64,000 bases of DNA from Octopus vulgaris (lineage: Eukaryota), in NCBI GenBank assembly GCA_951406725.2, contig OX597824.1, positions 55,800,001 to 55,864,000 of the forward strand. Direction: 5' to 3'. Under the pieces are notes generated by a model. It made no database searches. It saw nothing but the letters and a program-made list of their open reading frames with translations, and was not told the origin of the DNA. The stretch's first letter is position 1; every line of letters starts with the position of its first letter. Shown here piece after piece: positions 51,571-64,000 of this stretch. Both the position numbers and the translations under genes were made by a program.

Positions 51571-54091
51571 GGTTAATATAGGGCGTTACGATTATCAGAA
51601 AATCAAAAAAAAAATGTGTGTAATAGGTGTAAAACAACTTCCTATGAACGAATATGAAAAAAAAATTTCGCGCACGCGAAAGGGGGGTGGGGGAGAGGCC
51701 TCGGAAATTTCACATCTTCAGTCCACGGCCTTTAAACTAAGAAAAAATAGTGTAATTGGTGTAAAACTACTTGTTCTAAACGAGTATCAAGAACACACAC
51801 TCACACATGAATCATAAACTCCGTATTTTTGTACATATTTCGCAAAAAAAAATAATAAAGAGAAGAAATTCTGGAAAAAGTGAAGAAATGTTGGATCTCC
51901 GCCATGTGAATCAAAATACGTGTTAGAAACATCTTGAAATACTACAGAAATTATGTTACGAAAATGATAATGTATACATACCTCTTTGAGTGGTCCATCG
52001 ACAATGATGATAAAGCAATGAGTTGGATTTGAACTCAGAATATTGACTAACACAACTACATACTACAAGACTCAAAATATTCGGCCAAGTCACCACCCTT
52101 TAACTAGCAATAATAATAACATCAATAACATAACAGCCAAAAGATTTATTTGTTCTGAAAATAACAATCATAGTAAATAAATATGTTCTTTAATATTCAC
52201 ATTCATGTGCACAGTTAAACACACTTACATACAGTCACGCATGCATAATACAGAACGGAACACATAAATGAAGGATGCATTACTTAGTATAATAATAATA
52301 TAATAATAATAATTGTGTACAGTGCTCAGGTGCACTACAACTCATCTAAAGTGTATATATAATCAGGTGTAGTTTCGGCGGATTTCGTAAAGCATGAGGG
52401 CCTTAAAGGATGCAGTGTCATGGCAGTCAACAACTGACGCAGGCAGTTTATTCCACGCTTCAGCAACCCTGAGCGTGAAAAAATGTTTCCGAAAGTCATG
52501 GGAGCTGTGCTGTTTTCTGACTTTGTAGGCATGTCCACGTGTGTTAGACACATGGAGATCAAAAAGGTGTTCAGTGTTGTTGTTGGTGAGGTGGTTGATA
52601 ACCTTGTGGGTGTTTACCAAGTCCGTCGCCAGACGCCGGAGCTTCAGTGAATCCATGCCCAGGGAAACAAGGCGCTCAGAATATGGTAGGTGTCTGATGG
52701 AGGGTATGCGTTTGGTTGCACGTCTCTGGACAGATTCCAGGAGGTCAATGTTCTGAGCAAGATAGGGATTCCAAACTGATGATGCGAATTCCAATTGTGG
52801 TCGTACCATAGCTGTATACAGTTTTAAATAGATGGCTGGAGAGCGGCTAACAAAAGTGTTGCTGAGTGATGCCAAGACACCCTCGGCCTTCTTGACAATT
52901 TTAGAGATATGCTTTGTCCAACGCAAATCACTGCTGACAGTGATGCCTAGGTCACGCTCGCAAGAGGATTTCTTGATATCAGTGTTGTGGAGGGAGTATG
53001 TGGACGCAGGGTTTTTTCTCCCAAAATGCATGGTGGTACACTTGTCCACAGCCAGTTTCAGTTGCCAGTCTGTGATCCATTGCTGCATTGTGTCTAGGTC
53101 TGATTGCAGGAAAGAGTTGTAGACATCAGGATCAGTCCTCTTGATTTCAAGGTACAGCTTGATGTCGTCTGCATATTTATCTAGAGAATTTTGATTAATA
53201 AGTCAAATATGCAAAGTATAAAGATAATTAATTGCTTTACTAAACAGTGTTGTAAGGTGAAAAAATGAATTTGGGAAAAAAATACACGCCAAAACTAATT
53301 AATAAAGGATAATTAGGGAAGGATTGACACAAAATAATTATTTTTTCTGTCTCTTTTTTTCTGATAAATGCATCTTAATAAGTGAGAAGAATTGCATATA
53401 TCTGAACTATTTCAAAGAAAAGCATAAATTTAATGTTTAAAATAGCTTTAACCAAGGAATGAGATCCAACATTTCTTCACTTTTTCCAGAATTTCTTCTT
53501 TATTTTTTTTTTTTTTGCGAAATATGTACAAAAATACGGAGTTTATGATTCATGTGTGAGTGTGTGTTCTTGATACTCGTTTAGAACAAGTAGTTTTACA
53601 CCAATTACACTATTTTTTCTTAGTTTAAAGGCCGTGGACTGAAGATGTGAAATTTCCGAAGCCTCTCCCCCACCCCCCCTTTCGCGAGCGCGCATTTTTT
53701 TCATGATAGTCGTTTAGAGCAAGTTGTTTTACACATATTACGCTGTTTTTGTTTTTGTTTTTGTGCCCGGTTCAGACGCTTTCGGAAATTCCCGATATAA
53801 ATTTTCCGAGGCCTCTCCCCCACCCCTTTTTCGCGAGAGCGTATTTTTTTTGTCATATTCGTTTAGAGCAAGTTGTTTTACACATATTACACTATTTTTT
53901 GTTTTGGTGCCCGGGTCAGCCCCTCAGACGCTTTCGGAACTTCCCGATATGAAATTTCCGAGGCCTCTCCCCCACCCCCTTTCGCGTGCGCGAATTTTTT
54001 TTTTCATATTCGTTCATAGGAAGTTGTTTTACACCTATTACACACATTTTTTTTTTTGATTTTCTGATAATCGTAACGCCCTATATTAACC
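51571..54091. mobile_element. Long-TIR fold-back DNA element with asymmetric modular arms
   Basis: GGTTAATATAGGGCGTTACG termini, 8-bp TSD ATTTATAT. Left arm 51571-51899; right arm 53461-54091 has two extra modules of about 150 bp. Confidence 0.88.
52289..53178 (-). mobile_element. CR1 3' fragment, same family as 35052-37164
   Basis: Nearly identical to 35098-35966, truncated at KYADD, (TAT)n tail. Confidence 0.93.
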
Positions 54092-54484
54092 ATTTATATC
54101 AGATATCATTAACATTTTAACAAAAGTTCGAGGATTTTCTGTGCACCTGAATGAAATTTATAATTTGTTTTAGTTATCATTAAACTAGACTACAGATATT
54201 ATCGAACAAGAAATTACACCATGATTCAAGGGAGATAAGCAAGAACAACATTAAAGAAGGGAAATAACTCTTTGATCTCCGCTGTAATTTTCAAATCCTG
54301 TTTTGGTTGATGTTCCTTCTAAAACATCATTTATACAGTCAAAATACTATGATACTTATTTTATAGAGCTCGGAAGAATGAAATGCAAAGTTGACTTAGA
54401 TGGGATTTGAACTTGGAGAGTTGAATACCATGTTGTGCAAAATATTGTCTAACGTTCTAACTATTTTTGTTGATGTCACTGGCC

Positions 54485-55249
54485 GGATCTTTTCCTTTTG
54501 AACGGCACTTTGTAACATAATTTCTAGGTAACTAAAAAGTTTTAAACTTTGTATACTTGTAGAATGTGTTTATAAAACATCATTTTCTCTTGGCTTTATT
54601 GAGAAAATTCTACAGGTTGTAAGATATATTTCGTCTGAAATTTCTTGCATTTAGGTAAATAACATTCTGTGCTTAATGAATATGTCCCTCCTTTAAGAAA
54701 CAGATTGGGTTTATTTACATTTGTGAAGAAAAAAGATACCCTTCCTCAACCCCTAACCCTAAATCTAAAATAGATTGAAATGCAACAGATCGAGACTAGA
54801 GCCATAATTATGGGTGACATTTTCATTTGACACCGCTAGAAAAAAAATCCCATTTTCCGTAGCGGTGTCGTATGAAATTGTCACCCGTAATTATAACCCT
54901 AGTATCGATCTATTGCATTTCAATCTATTTTAGATTTAGGGTTAGGGTTAGGGGTGGGGTAAGGGTATCTTTTTTCCTCACAAATGTAAATAAACCCAAT
55001 CTGTTTCTTAAAGGAGGGACATATTCATTATTCACAGAATGCTATTTATGTCAATGGACGCTAGTGTTTGGTTAAAATTGCCAAAATGCAAGAAATTTCA
55101 GACGAAATATCTTACAACCTATAGAATTTTCTCAATAAAGCCAAGAGAAAATGGTGTTTTATAAACACATTCTACCAGTATACGAATTTTAAAACTTTTT
55201 AGTTACCTAGAAATTATGTTACAAAGTGCCGTTCAAAAGGAAAAGATCC
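54485..55249. mobile_element. Almost fully palindromic fold-back MITE
   Basis: GGATCTTTTCCTTTTGAACGGCAC termini, perfect 8-bp TSD CACTGGCC, arms of about 350 bp carrying (TTAGGG)-like tracts. Confidence 0.9.
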
Positions 55250-55394
55250 CACTGGCCTATTTTTTTTAAAGGTTTCGTCATAGCACAATTCCTTAAAATT
55301 TGAAGAAAGGAATAGTTGACTCTGGAAATCACTCCTACAACATGAATGATGCTTATTCTATAAGTTCCAGAGAAATGAAAAACAAAAAAGGACT

Positions 55395-55670
55395 CCCGCA
55401 AATGTGGTCTGGCCGCTGGGGTCATGTATGCCCTATGAAAGCCTCTTTGGCGCCACTGCTCTATCTCCCGCAAGATGAAACACCGCATCTACAACACATT
55501 AGTCCCCTCCATTCTCCTTTATGGAGCAGAAACATGACCCCTCTCGAAGTCTCAGGCAAAGCGGATCGACAGCTTCAATAGCAGAGCCCTGAGAACCATT
55601 GTAAACATCAAATGATACCATCTCATTTCCAGCAAAGAACTGCGTGCGCACACACATCACCTGCAGCCTC
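55395..55670 (+). pseudogene. RTE-like LINE C-terminal fragment
   Basis: SILLYGAET*P...ALRTIVNIK*YHLISSKEL. Confidence 0.55.
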
Positions 55671-55911
55671 CCAACTCGTAGCTATTCCTTGCATATCATT
55701 TATTTAATTTGTACATTAAACATGAAACTAGTCCTGTATTAACCACGCTAACTTTAAAACAGACTTAATTCATTTCGCCTGCCTTACATCATTTCGTATC
55801 AAAGAGAACTGTCGATGTTTTATTTAAACATTGATCATTCAACACACATGGAGATAAAGTTTTTTAACTGCTCTTCTCCCTCTTTCTGTGCTCTCTATCT
55901 TTCTCTCTTTC

Positions 55912-55961
<50 letters not shown>

Positions 55962-55976
55962 GTGTGTGTATATATG

Positions 55977-56074
<98 letters not shown>

Positions 56075-56075
<1 letters not shown>

Positions 56076-56590
56076 TAGCAGTATCGCCCGGCGTTGCTCG
56101 GGTTTGTAAGGGAAATAACTATATAAGCATTTTTAGAGAGTTACTTCCTTTATAGATGCCAATTCGGGCTTTCTTAGCCATTTCTGTTTTGGTGTCTTCA
56201 AGCCATGAAGTCGTTGTTCTAAAAGAATGCTGGTCTCCTTGACAACGCATTACGACGTTGATTTCCTTAAACTCCCTTCCCCACAGCTTCACGAAGGAGG
56301 GAAGAAGGGGGAGAAGCAAACACAGGTGCAGGTGTTTGAGCGTGGACGCCAACTCCGCCGCCATCGACACAAGAAAAATTATGCATTAAAATGGAATAAA
56401 AAATGATGTTAAATTATTTTTTAAATCGTAGACTCATCGTAGACGCGCGCTAATAGCCAGACGGACTCGATATTAATCACGACTATAAGATACCCGAATT
56501 TGGTTAAACTGCACCGCAAAATGTGGGAGGAGTTAGGAATCTAAATCGTAGGAGACAGACACTCACACAACTACAGTTTTATATATATAG

Positions 56591-56591
<1 letters not shown>
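56075..56591 (-). mobile_element. Non-autonomous Helitron
   Basis: Minus strand A|TCTATATATATAAAAC...CCCGAGCAACGCCGGG...CTAG|T, no TSD. Confidence 0.8.
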
Positions 56592-56633
<42 letters not shown>

Positions 56634-56642
<9 letters not shown>

Positions 56643-57160
56643 GAAAAGAATGGAGTCGAACGAAGATTTTAACAAAATTACTTTACTTTCGACATATGTT
56701 TCGAAGACTGCATACTCTTAATTCCGAAGGAATGAAGGTTGCATTATGCCGTCTTCTCATCAGGAAATACAAGGAACCTCTATCAGCCTCAAGATGAACA
56801 AAAGCTTCCACTGTGGAAACCATGTAGGCAGTCATTAAGAAGCTTTTGTTCGTCTTGAGGCTGATAGAGGTTCCTTGTATTTCCTGATGAGAAGACGGCA
56901 TAATGCAACCTTCATTCCTTCGGAATTAAGAGTATGCAGTCTTCAAAACATATGTCAAAAGTAAAGGAATTTTGTTAAAATCTTCGTTCGACTCCATTCT
57001 TTTCATTTATTCATATAAAAAAACACACAAATTTCCACACACGAACACGGGGTTCTGCCCTTGGCATGTAACTTCAACCGTGTTTTACTGACGTGAATTT
57101 GCTACCCAGGTATCGATTAACCGAATTATCCATACTAGGATAATTCATTCATCTACTTAA
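56634..57160. mobile_element. Inverted Penelope pseudo-LTR pair (family of 11441-13930)
   Basis: Arms of about 175 bp (56634-56808 / 56840-57012) plus a tail homologous to 11441-11610. Confidence 0.88.
56681..56774 (-). ncRNA. Intact type I hammerhead ribozyme
   Basis: TATTTC-CTGATGA-GAAGAC.GCATA...TATGC.GTCTTC-GAAAC-ATAT-GT-C-GAAAG. The mirror copy at 56873-56967 (+) has GAAA mutated to AAAA. Confidence 0.85.
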
Positions 57161-57320
57161 ATATATATATATATATACATATATATACAAAAACTGATTG
57201 CTTGACAATTTCTAACATCTATGTATTAATTTTTGTTGGGTACCTATCTAGCAGTATATTGGATATATATTATCCCATGGTGGGTTGAATTTTCAACCCC
57301 TATCTCATTTTATAACCTAA

Positions 57321-57379
<59 letters not shown>

Positions 57380-57667
57380 TATATACATATATATGTATAT
57401 AAATACTTTGTATATCACTTAATTACTTATCTTCATATAGAGAGAATGTTTTTTAAACATTTTTCACTTATATTTCCAAATATCTGTTAACCGCATCAGT
57501 TATAGTTCATACACAAATAGACTCAACACTACCTAAGCATGCTTTTATCTTTCATCTTTCATAATCATATTATGAATATCCGAATATGTTATGTGACACT
57601 CACTCCATCTAGTCTTCTGTAACACTATAATATTCTTCTGATATATTCTTTTTGATGAATTCTTCTT

Positions 57668-57777
57668 TTGTACTGAGGAGAACTGCAATATGTAATTAAT
57701 TTAATTATAGTTATAATTAAATTAATTTTTCCATCTTTCTTACACATTAATATTACCGTTCGAAACAATCATATGCA
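57668..57777 (+). ncRNA. Decayed hammerhead-like motif
   Basis: TGTA-CTGAGGA-GAAC..AATAT...ATATT..GTTC-GAAAC-AATC-AT-A-TGCA; stem III consistent with CpG decay of CGATCG. Confidence 0.5.
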
Positions 57778-57895
57778 TGGATTAAAATTTTATAAAACTT
57801 CTAACACATTCTCTTCTCCATCTTTAATTGTTTGTTGAGTTTCTATAGGGTACATGTTCTATAAATGCTCATCACACACCTTATTCTTATATATA

Positions 57896-59031
57896 TCTAC
57901 TGCATATGTGGAAAATTGGTGTGTGTTTGTTTGTGGCGTTGTTAGCTAACTCCTCTACATCGTTTTATTGATTTTTATGAAACTTGACACGTGAGTAGAA
58001 CTCATATCTGGAAACCTCATGACATACATTGTTGAAAAATCGATAATACGGCCCCTGGAAGGGACCTATATATCTACTGCATATAATAATTTTTTAAACA
58101 CCCAAGGGAAATAACCTATAGCACCTGTACAATACTTTTTAAACACTCTAGGGAAATAACTCATTTCATTATTTATGTTCAACTACTTTGAATATTGATT
58201 TTTTGTGTGTCCTATTTCTAATGTTTGCAGTATCACTTTTATACTTTATTTGACATGTGAGTAGAACTCATGTCTGGAAACCTCATGGCATACTTAGATT
58301 GTTGAAAAAAATCGATAATAGGGCCCTTCCAATGGATCCTTCTATCTACTACATATTAATAATATTTTATTTAAACAACCCAAGGGAAATAACCCATACC
58401 TCCTGCAGATTTTAGTGAAGCGAACAATATTTGATTCTCACAATCAGCCAACCAAATTCTGCATTTCACTACTCACAGGTTTGAACTGCTAAACATTATT
58501 ATTGCACTTCCTTAATTTGAATCTTAAACATTAAAGGCTTCATTCATACATTTCTATACATACATACTTTTTGAATGCCTATTACTCCAAAATTTTTACA
58601 GTTACACTTTTTCCATGACAGTAGATAAATTTTTTATTCCACAATGTATTTGTAGTGGCTTCATGCAAGCATAGCGTGGATTCGATTCTTGATTGACAAA
58701 TTTCACTTAACACTTCAACAGTGCTTTTCTCACAGTAAACAATAGTTTTTCTGTGAATGACAGCAGATATATATTTCCCAGATGCCTTCACTAAGCAGAA
58801 TAATGTCTTTGCCTCTTGCCAACCTCTGACCTCTCTCACCAACCTCCAACAATCTTTCTTGCCAACCTCCAACAATCTCTCCCTCCTCCAGCTGACAGTT
58901 TTTTGTACATTTTCGTGATGGAAAATACACCTTTTGTGGCAGTTGTAACGAAATTGTTTTCTTATATCAGAATAATAAGGCGTTTCAATAGAACATCTTT
59001 ACCTCCAGGAATTACCGGGTACACCAGCTAG
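57896..59031 (+). mobile_element. Probable non-autonomous Helitron
   Basis: A|TCTAC start, imperfect hairpin CCAGGAATTACCGGG, CTAG|T end, internal direct repeat about 57980-58120 / 58250-58400. Confidence 0.55.
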
Positions 59032-59125
59032 TATATAGATAGATAAATAGATAGATAGATAGATAAATAGATAGACTGATTGATAGAGACATAGATAGAC
59101 TGATTGATAGATAGATAGACTGATT

Positions 59126-59183
<58 letters not shown>

Positions 59184-59254
59184 CAGACTGACTGACTGAC
59201 TGACTGACTGACTGACTGACAGACAGACAGACAGACAGATAGATAGATAGATAG

Positions 59255-59732
59255 ATAATTATATAGATACAATTATAATTAAGGGTACTGAGAAACAATA
59301 CCAACATGCTGGAAATAAACGTCAAATGACTCTAAAACCACATCAGTACTCCATTTAGCACTTGGTAGAAAGTGAGGGAATGAATGAAAGAGATTTAGCA
59401 AAATTTTTTTAGAGGTTAATCCTAGATTAAACAATTTCTGGCTTAGCAATAAAAATAACTCTTCCTTTATCAGTAGAATTAACCAAAATAGTACATAAAT
59501 GTAAGTATGTATACATGAAGGCAGAGTAATTTATAATTGCTAAGCCAGAAATCATTCAATCTATGATTAGCCTCTACAAAATTGTTTGCTAAATCTCTTT
59601 TATTCATTCTCTCACTTTCTACCAAGTGCTAAATGGAGTGCTAATGTGGTTTTGGAGTCATTTAATGTCTATATCTAGTATGTTCATACAGTTTCTGAGT
59701 ACACTTAATTATAATTATATCTATACAATTAT
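59255..59732. repeat. Fold-back pseudo-LTR with a hammerhead-like motif (59414-59484, minus)
   Basis: Arms of about 195 bp. GGTTAATTCTA-CTGATAA...GCCA-GAAAT...ATC-TAGGATTAACC. Confidence 0.75.
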
Positions 59733-59820
59733 ATATCTATATTGATTCTTACCTATATGGTTTCCAGTACATGCTGGCCAACGACAAGACTGTTATTTTT
59801 ATAATGATTTTTTTCCTTAA

Positions 59821-60131
59821 AGTTCTATATTTAAGAGATGAGGAAGTATGTACATTATTTACATTATTTATATTTGATGGGTATTTGTCCTCATCTTGTT
59901 TGTTGTTAACAGAAAATTTTGGCTGATATACCCTCCAGCCTTCATCAGGTGTCTTGGGGAAATTTTGAACCTGGGTTCTCATTCCTAAGGTATTTTTTTG
60001 ATGTTGTTATAATTATTAAGGTCACTGTCTGGAATCAAACTTGGAATCTTGGGGTTAGTAGCCCATGCTCTTAACCATTGTGCCATATACCCACGGGCAT
60101 GTGGTGTAGTGGTTAAGAGCATGGGCTACTA
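59821..60131 (-). mobile_element. tRNA-headed, hammerhead-bearing SINE-like element
   Basis: A box TGGCACAATGG (60075-60085), B box GTTTGATTCC (60031-60040), GACAC-CTGATGA-AGGCTG...CAGCC (59908-59953; GAAAC decayed). The head is duplicated as an inversion at 60095-60131. Confidence 0.7.
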
Positions 60132-60136
60132 CCTCG

Positions 60137-61285
60137 TTGACGAATGACAGGGACCTTCTCTTTGTGGTTGGTGACTTCAATGAACATGTTGGACAACATG
60201 CAGGGGCCTTCCATGGCGTACATGAAGGCTATGGTTTTGGTTCCTGCAATGAGGAGGGGACCAGGCTGCTGGAGTTCTGTGATGCAAATGATCTTATGGT
60301 TTGTAATACTAACTTCAGGAAACCTGCCAGTCACCTAGTTACCTACCGTTCTGGCAGACACACTAACCAAATTGACTACATCCTCACCAGAAAAAGGGAA
60401 ATAAATGCCAAAACTTTTCCAGGTGAAGAATTACTGCACAACATAGACTAGTAGTTAGCAACTTTAGAATCAGGGCTAAATGGATGCCCAGAAGACGACC
60501 AGCATGGAGGAAAATAGTCTGGACGCTTAAAGATCCTGCAAATGGACGGAGATTTAAAGCTATAACATCACATGATGTGGTAGACAACTGGAGGTTTCTA
60601 CGGGACAACCTGCTGAGGGCCATTAACCAGATCTGTGGATGGTGCAAAGTCCCCTCTCGACCCAAGGTAACGTGATGGTGGAACAATGTTTATTACAGGG
60701 CTATTAGAGAAAAGAAACAGGCTTGGAAGGACTGGAAGAATGGTGGTAGCAGGGAATTGTATCAGACTGCCAGAAGGGAAGTTATGAGATAGGTTTATTT
60801 AGCCAGAGGGGAAGCAGATAAGAAAAAACTTGCCAATGTTCTGCACCATGAGGACCAAAGACTTGAGGTATTTTGTGTTGTAAGACAGTGTGTGAGAGAG
60901 AATCGTGATTTCGTAGGAGAGAAATGTGTCCGCATGGAGAAGGTTCACTTGCATTAAACAAGGTTGCAAAGCGAGAGGTTTGGAGACGCCACTATGAAAG
61001 GTTGCTCAATAAAGAAAATGAATGGGAGAAAGAGTCCTAACAGGGGGACCAGCTATCCAAGTTGACAGTACCTTGGTAGATAAAGCAATTAAGAGTATGA
61101 AGACATGGAAAGTCCCCGGCCCATCAGGAAGCACTGCAGAGATGCTCAAAATATCTAGCAGTGTCGGCTATAGTCTAGTCACCCATATAGTTAACCAGGT
61201 GATACATGAAGGAGTCATACCCAATTACTGGTGTAGCAGCACCATAGTCAACTGCTACAAAGGTAAAGGTGATGCTTTAGATACA
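60137..61285 (+). mobile_element. RTE (BovB-like) LINE internal fragment
   Basis: GDFNEHVG...NEEGTRLLEFC...QIDYIL, PGPSG, IVNCYKGKGDAL. Confidence 0.85.
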
Positions 61286-61314
61286 ATTCATATGAAATTT
61301 TAAAATAATGTTTA

Positions 61315-61705
61315 GGAGTGGCTGTGTGGTAAGTAGCTTGCTTATGAACCACATGGTTCTCGGTTCAGTCCCACTGTAAGGCACCTTGGGCAAACGTCTT
61401 CTACTATAGCCTTGGGCCGACCAAAGCCTTGTGAGTGGATTTGGTAGACAGAAACTGAAAGAAGCCCATCGTATATATGTATATGTATGTGTGTGTATAT
61501 GTTTATGTGTCTGTGTTTGTCCCCCCCCCCCCAACATTGCTTGACAACCGATGCTGATGTATTTACATCCCCACAACTTAGTGGTTCGGCAAAAGTGACC
61601 GATAGAATAAGTACTAGGCTTACAAAAGAATAAGTCATGGGGCTGATGTGCTCGACTAAAAGGTGGTGCTCCCGCATGGCCGCAGTGAAATGACTGAAAC
61701 AAGAA
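61315..61705 (+). mobile_element. Full-length tRNA-derived SINE
   Basis: A box TGGCTGTGTGG, B box GGTTCAGTCCC, body with internal (TG/TA)n, A-rich tail. Confidence 0.8.
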
Positions 61706-62749
61706 AAAAGAGTAAAAGAGTTACAAGGAATCTTCTGAAGATTTCTCATAAATTAGAAAAGAAATCAAAATATCTAAATAACAACTTAGTTTTTATTTAG
61801 GTTTCTTAAAATCCTGAAAATTCATTAAAATTTCTGAGAATTTTGGAATGTAATTTTAGGTAAAATTCCAAATACTTCAATAAAATGTGAAAAGCAGAGA
61901 CTCATCATTTGAACAGTTTACTTCACTTTCTAAACCAAATCTCACTCTGTTGCATGTATAACAAGCTGAAAAATAGCTTGAAATTTAAAATACAGAATTT
62001 CCTTGCAGACTGAAGCAATTTTTATTTGAAAGTTTCAATGAATATTAAAAATCTATAGCTGAATTTTCAAAAACAGGATATCATTGAGACGAAAACATGG
62101 ATTTGATTAGTTTAAATTGTAATAAAGTTTCAATAACATCCTAAAACTTTCATTCAAATTTTCTATAATCACAACCTATCATCACAAGAATATTGCATTT
62201 AGACATTTATTGGCACAAAATTCATTTTCGCTGAATGCTCAAAATATTTGGAGAGAGAGTAATGTTGTTTGAGATATGTGTTTATATGTGTAGCTTAATG
62301 TTTACGTGTATATACATATAGTATATACATATAGTTTAATGTCTATGTATGTAACATTTTGTGCATTTGGACTTTTGAGTAATTTTATGTTTATATGTGT
62401 ATAAGAGAGTATGTACACAGTTCTGTATGTATACATATTTAAGAATGTTTGCATGTATGCATGTGCATGCATGTGTGGTGGTATGTGCATGCACGCACAC
62501 ACACATGCACGCGCACACACACACACACACACACACATTGGCAATAGGATTCTATTTATATGTTTGTGTTAATGCTAGTGTCTGTTTGTTTATGTATGTT
62601 TTATCTCTTTCTTTATCTCTGGAAAGATGTAGAAATTTTATACAAATTTGTTTATAAATCTGTGTTCTTAGAATGGTGAGCTACAGATGGTTAATTTAAT
62701 AGAACTGGGATATCCGCCAAAGGTTTGGTGCTTCATATCTTGTCTTTGG

Positions 62750-63230
62750 CATTGCATTATATGTATAGCCAAACTAATACATTTTGAAACAGTCTAGTCC
62801 ATCCAACTGTTTGTAGGCACCAGATTACAATTATAAATACCAGCATCACAGAAAAATTGCTGACCAAAATTACACCATACATATTAGGATTCCTGTTAAG
62901 AAGCCTTGCTTGTTTTCTTCAAAGACCAAAAAAAAACTCATATGGACGTAACACTCAGATGTGAAGGTGGTGCTGCTGTTTCTGCTACTACACCCACAAA
63001 ACTACATCGAAAACAAAGTGATTTGAACTAATTGTTAAAATCTCACTCAGTCACACTTGACACACCTGCTTCATCACCTGCAGTGAGTCATACCTCCCAG
63101 CTATCACACACTCAACTTTTCAGCCAGTCTTTCCTTACAAGAATTGTAATTCTCTGGAATTCCATTATCACTTGCTTTTTTCTCTGCAGATAGATTTTCA
63201 AGCTGAATATGAATCAGATTCTGTGTCAGT
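62750..63230 (+). pseudogene. Highly decayed LINE 3' end
   Basis: HTQLFSQSFLTRIVILWNSI resembles the SFFPR...LWNSLP terminal motif of L2/Jockey-group RTs. Confidence 0.35.
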
Positions 63231-64000
63231 CAAGGAAGCGCCTCGAAAGAAGCTTAACTACATCAATACCACACCTTGGCTATGTGTGCATTCTTACATA
63301 CACATTGTCCCACACATGGTTTGCATGCCTTGAGCATATAAGCCGTGGACTGGCAAAACAATCCTCCATCTCCAATCCTGTTTGGTTATGTGATGTTCAC
63401 AAGTCACACAAATGTGAAACATTGATGTCCACCACTCCTAGATTGGATTGACAGTGTGTTATCTCCCCTATCCACAACTCAAAGGTGTTTTAACACCTGG
63501 TGATTTGAGGCTTTTACACCATTCCAATAGCAGCCTACAAGCAAATGCCCAAAGCTTAGGCATTAGTATACATGGTTGATAATACACACACATACATAAA
63601 CACATACACATGCATGCATGCATGCGCACACATGCACACATATCTACCATAGATACACAACCCACTCAGGCCTTTTCTACTGGCCAAGGGACATAATTCT
63701 TGATTAATCTCCCACTTAATTGCTTCTCACAACTTCATTTTGTATTTTTCACAGCACCCACAAACCAGAAGTAACACTTCCTCACCTTCAGTAACCAATG
63801 ACTGAAAGCAGTCATCATATTTCTTTTTCATACCTGCCATCTCTGAGGAGTACAAGCATTAGCTAACCATCCAGTTATATAATATATGATGCAAAACTAA
63901 TTGGTAAGATCATCCAAAATGGATCTATAATGCTGTATACTTTTTGATTACTATATTGATAACTATATGAGTGCTTTTTTTTGTGTGTGTGTGTGGCTTA

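Overview
AT-rich, microsatellite-laden eukaryotic DNA that is almost entirely decayed transposable elements. The repeat spectrum suggests a coleoid cephalopod, probably Octopus (inference). I found no convincing host gene and no intact TE ORF. Contents: three RTE LINEs (one with three C-terminal C2H2 fingers), three CR1 fragments, Neptune-type Penelope-like elements, about a dozen hammerhead ribozyme motifs (often in fold-back pseudo-LTRs), six LTR elements or solo LTRs, Tc1/mariner/pogo relics, non-autonomous Helitrons, tRNA-derived SINEs and four long-TIR fold-back DNA elements with GG ends and 8-bp TSDs. Three signals stand out. (1) Three nested or adjacent LTR retrotransposons have a primer-binding site matching the 5' end of tRNA-Phe rather than a tRNA 3' end. 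(2) A SINE-like element joins a tRNA (Pol III) head to a Penelope-type hammerhead and shows Penelope-like inversions. (3) A 51-nt tRNA-Trp copy sits at a Gypsy PBS. All alignments, folds and translations were done by eye; tRNA reference sequences are recalled conserved metazoan sequences.
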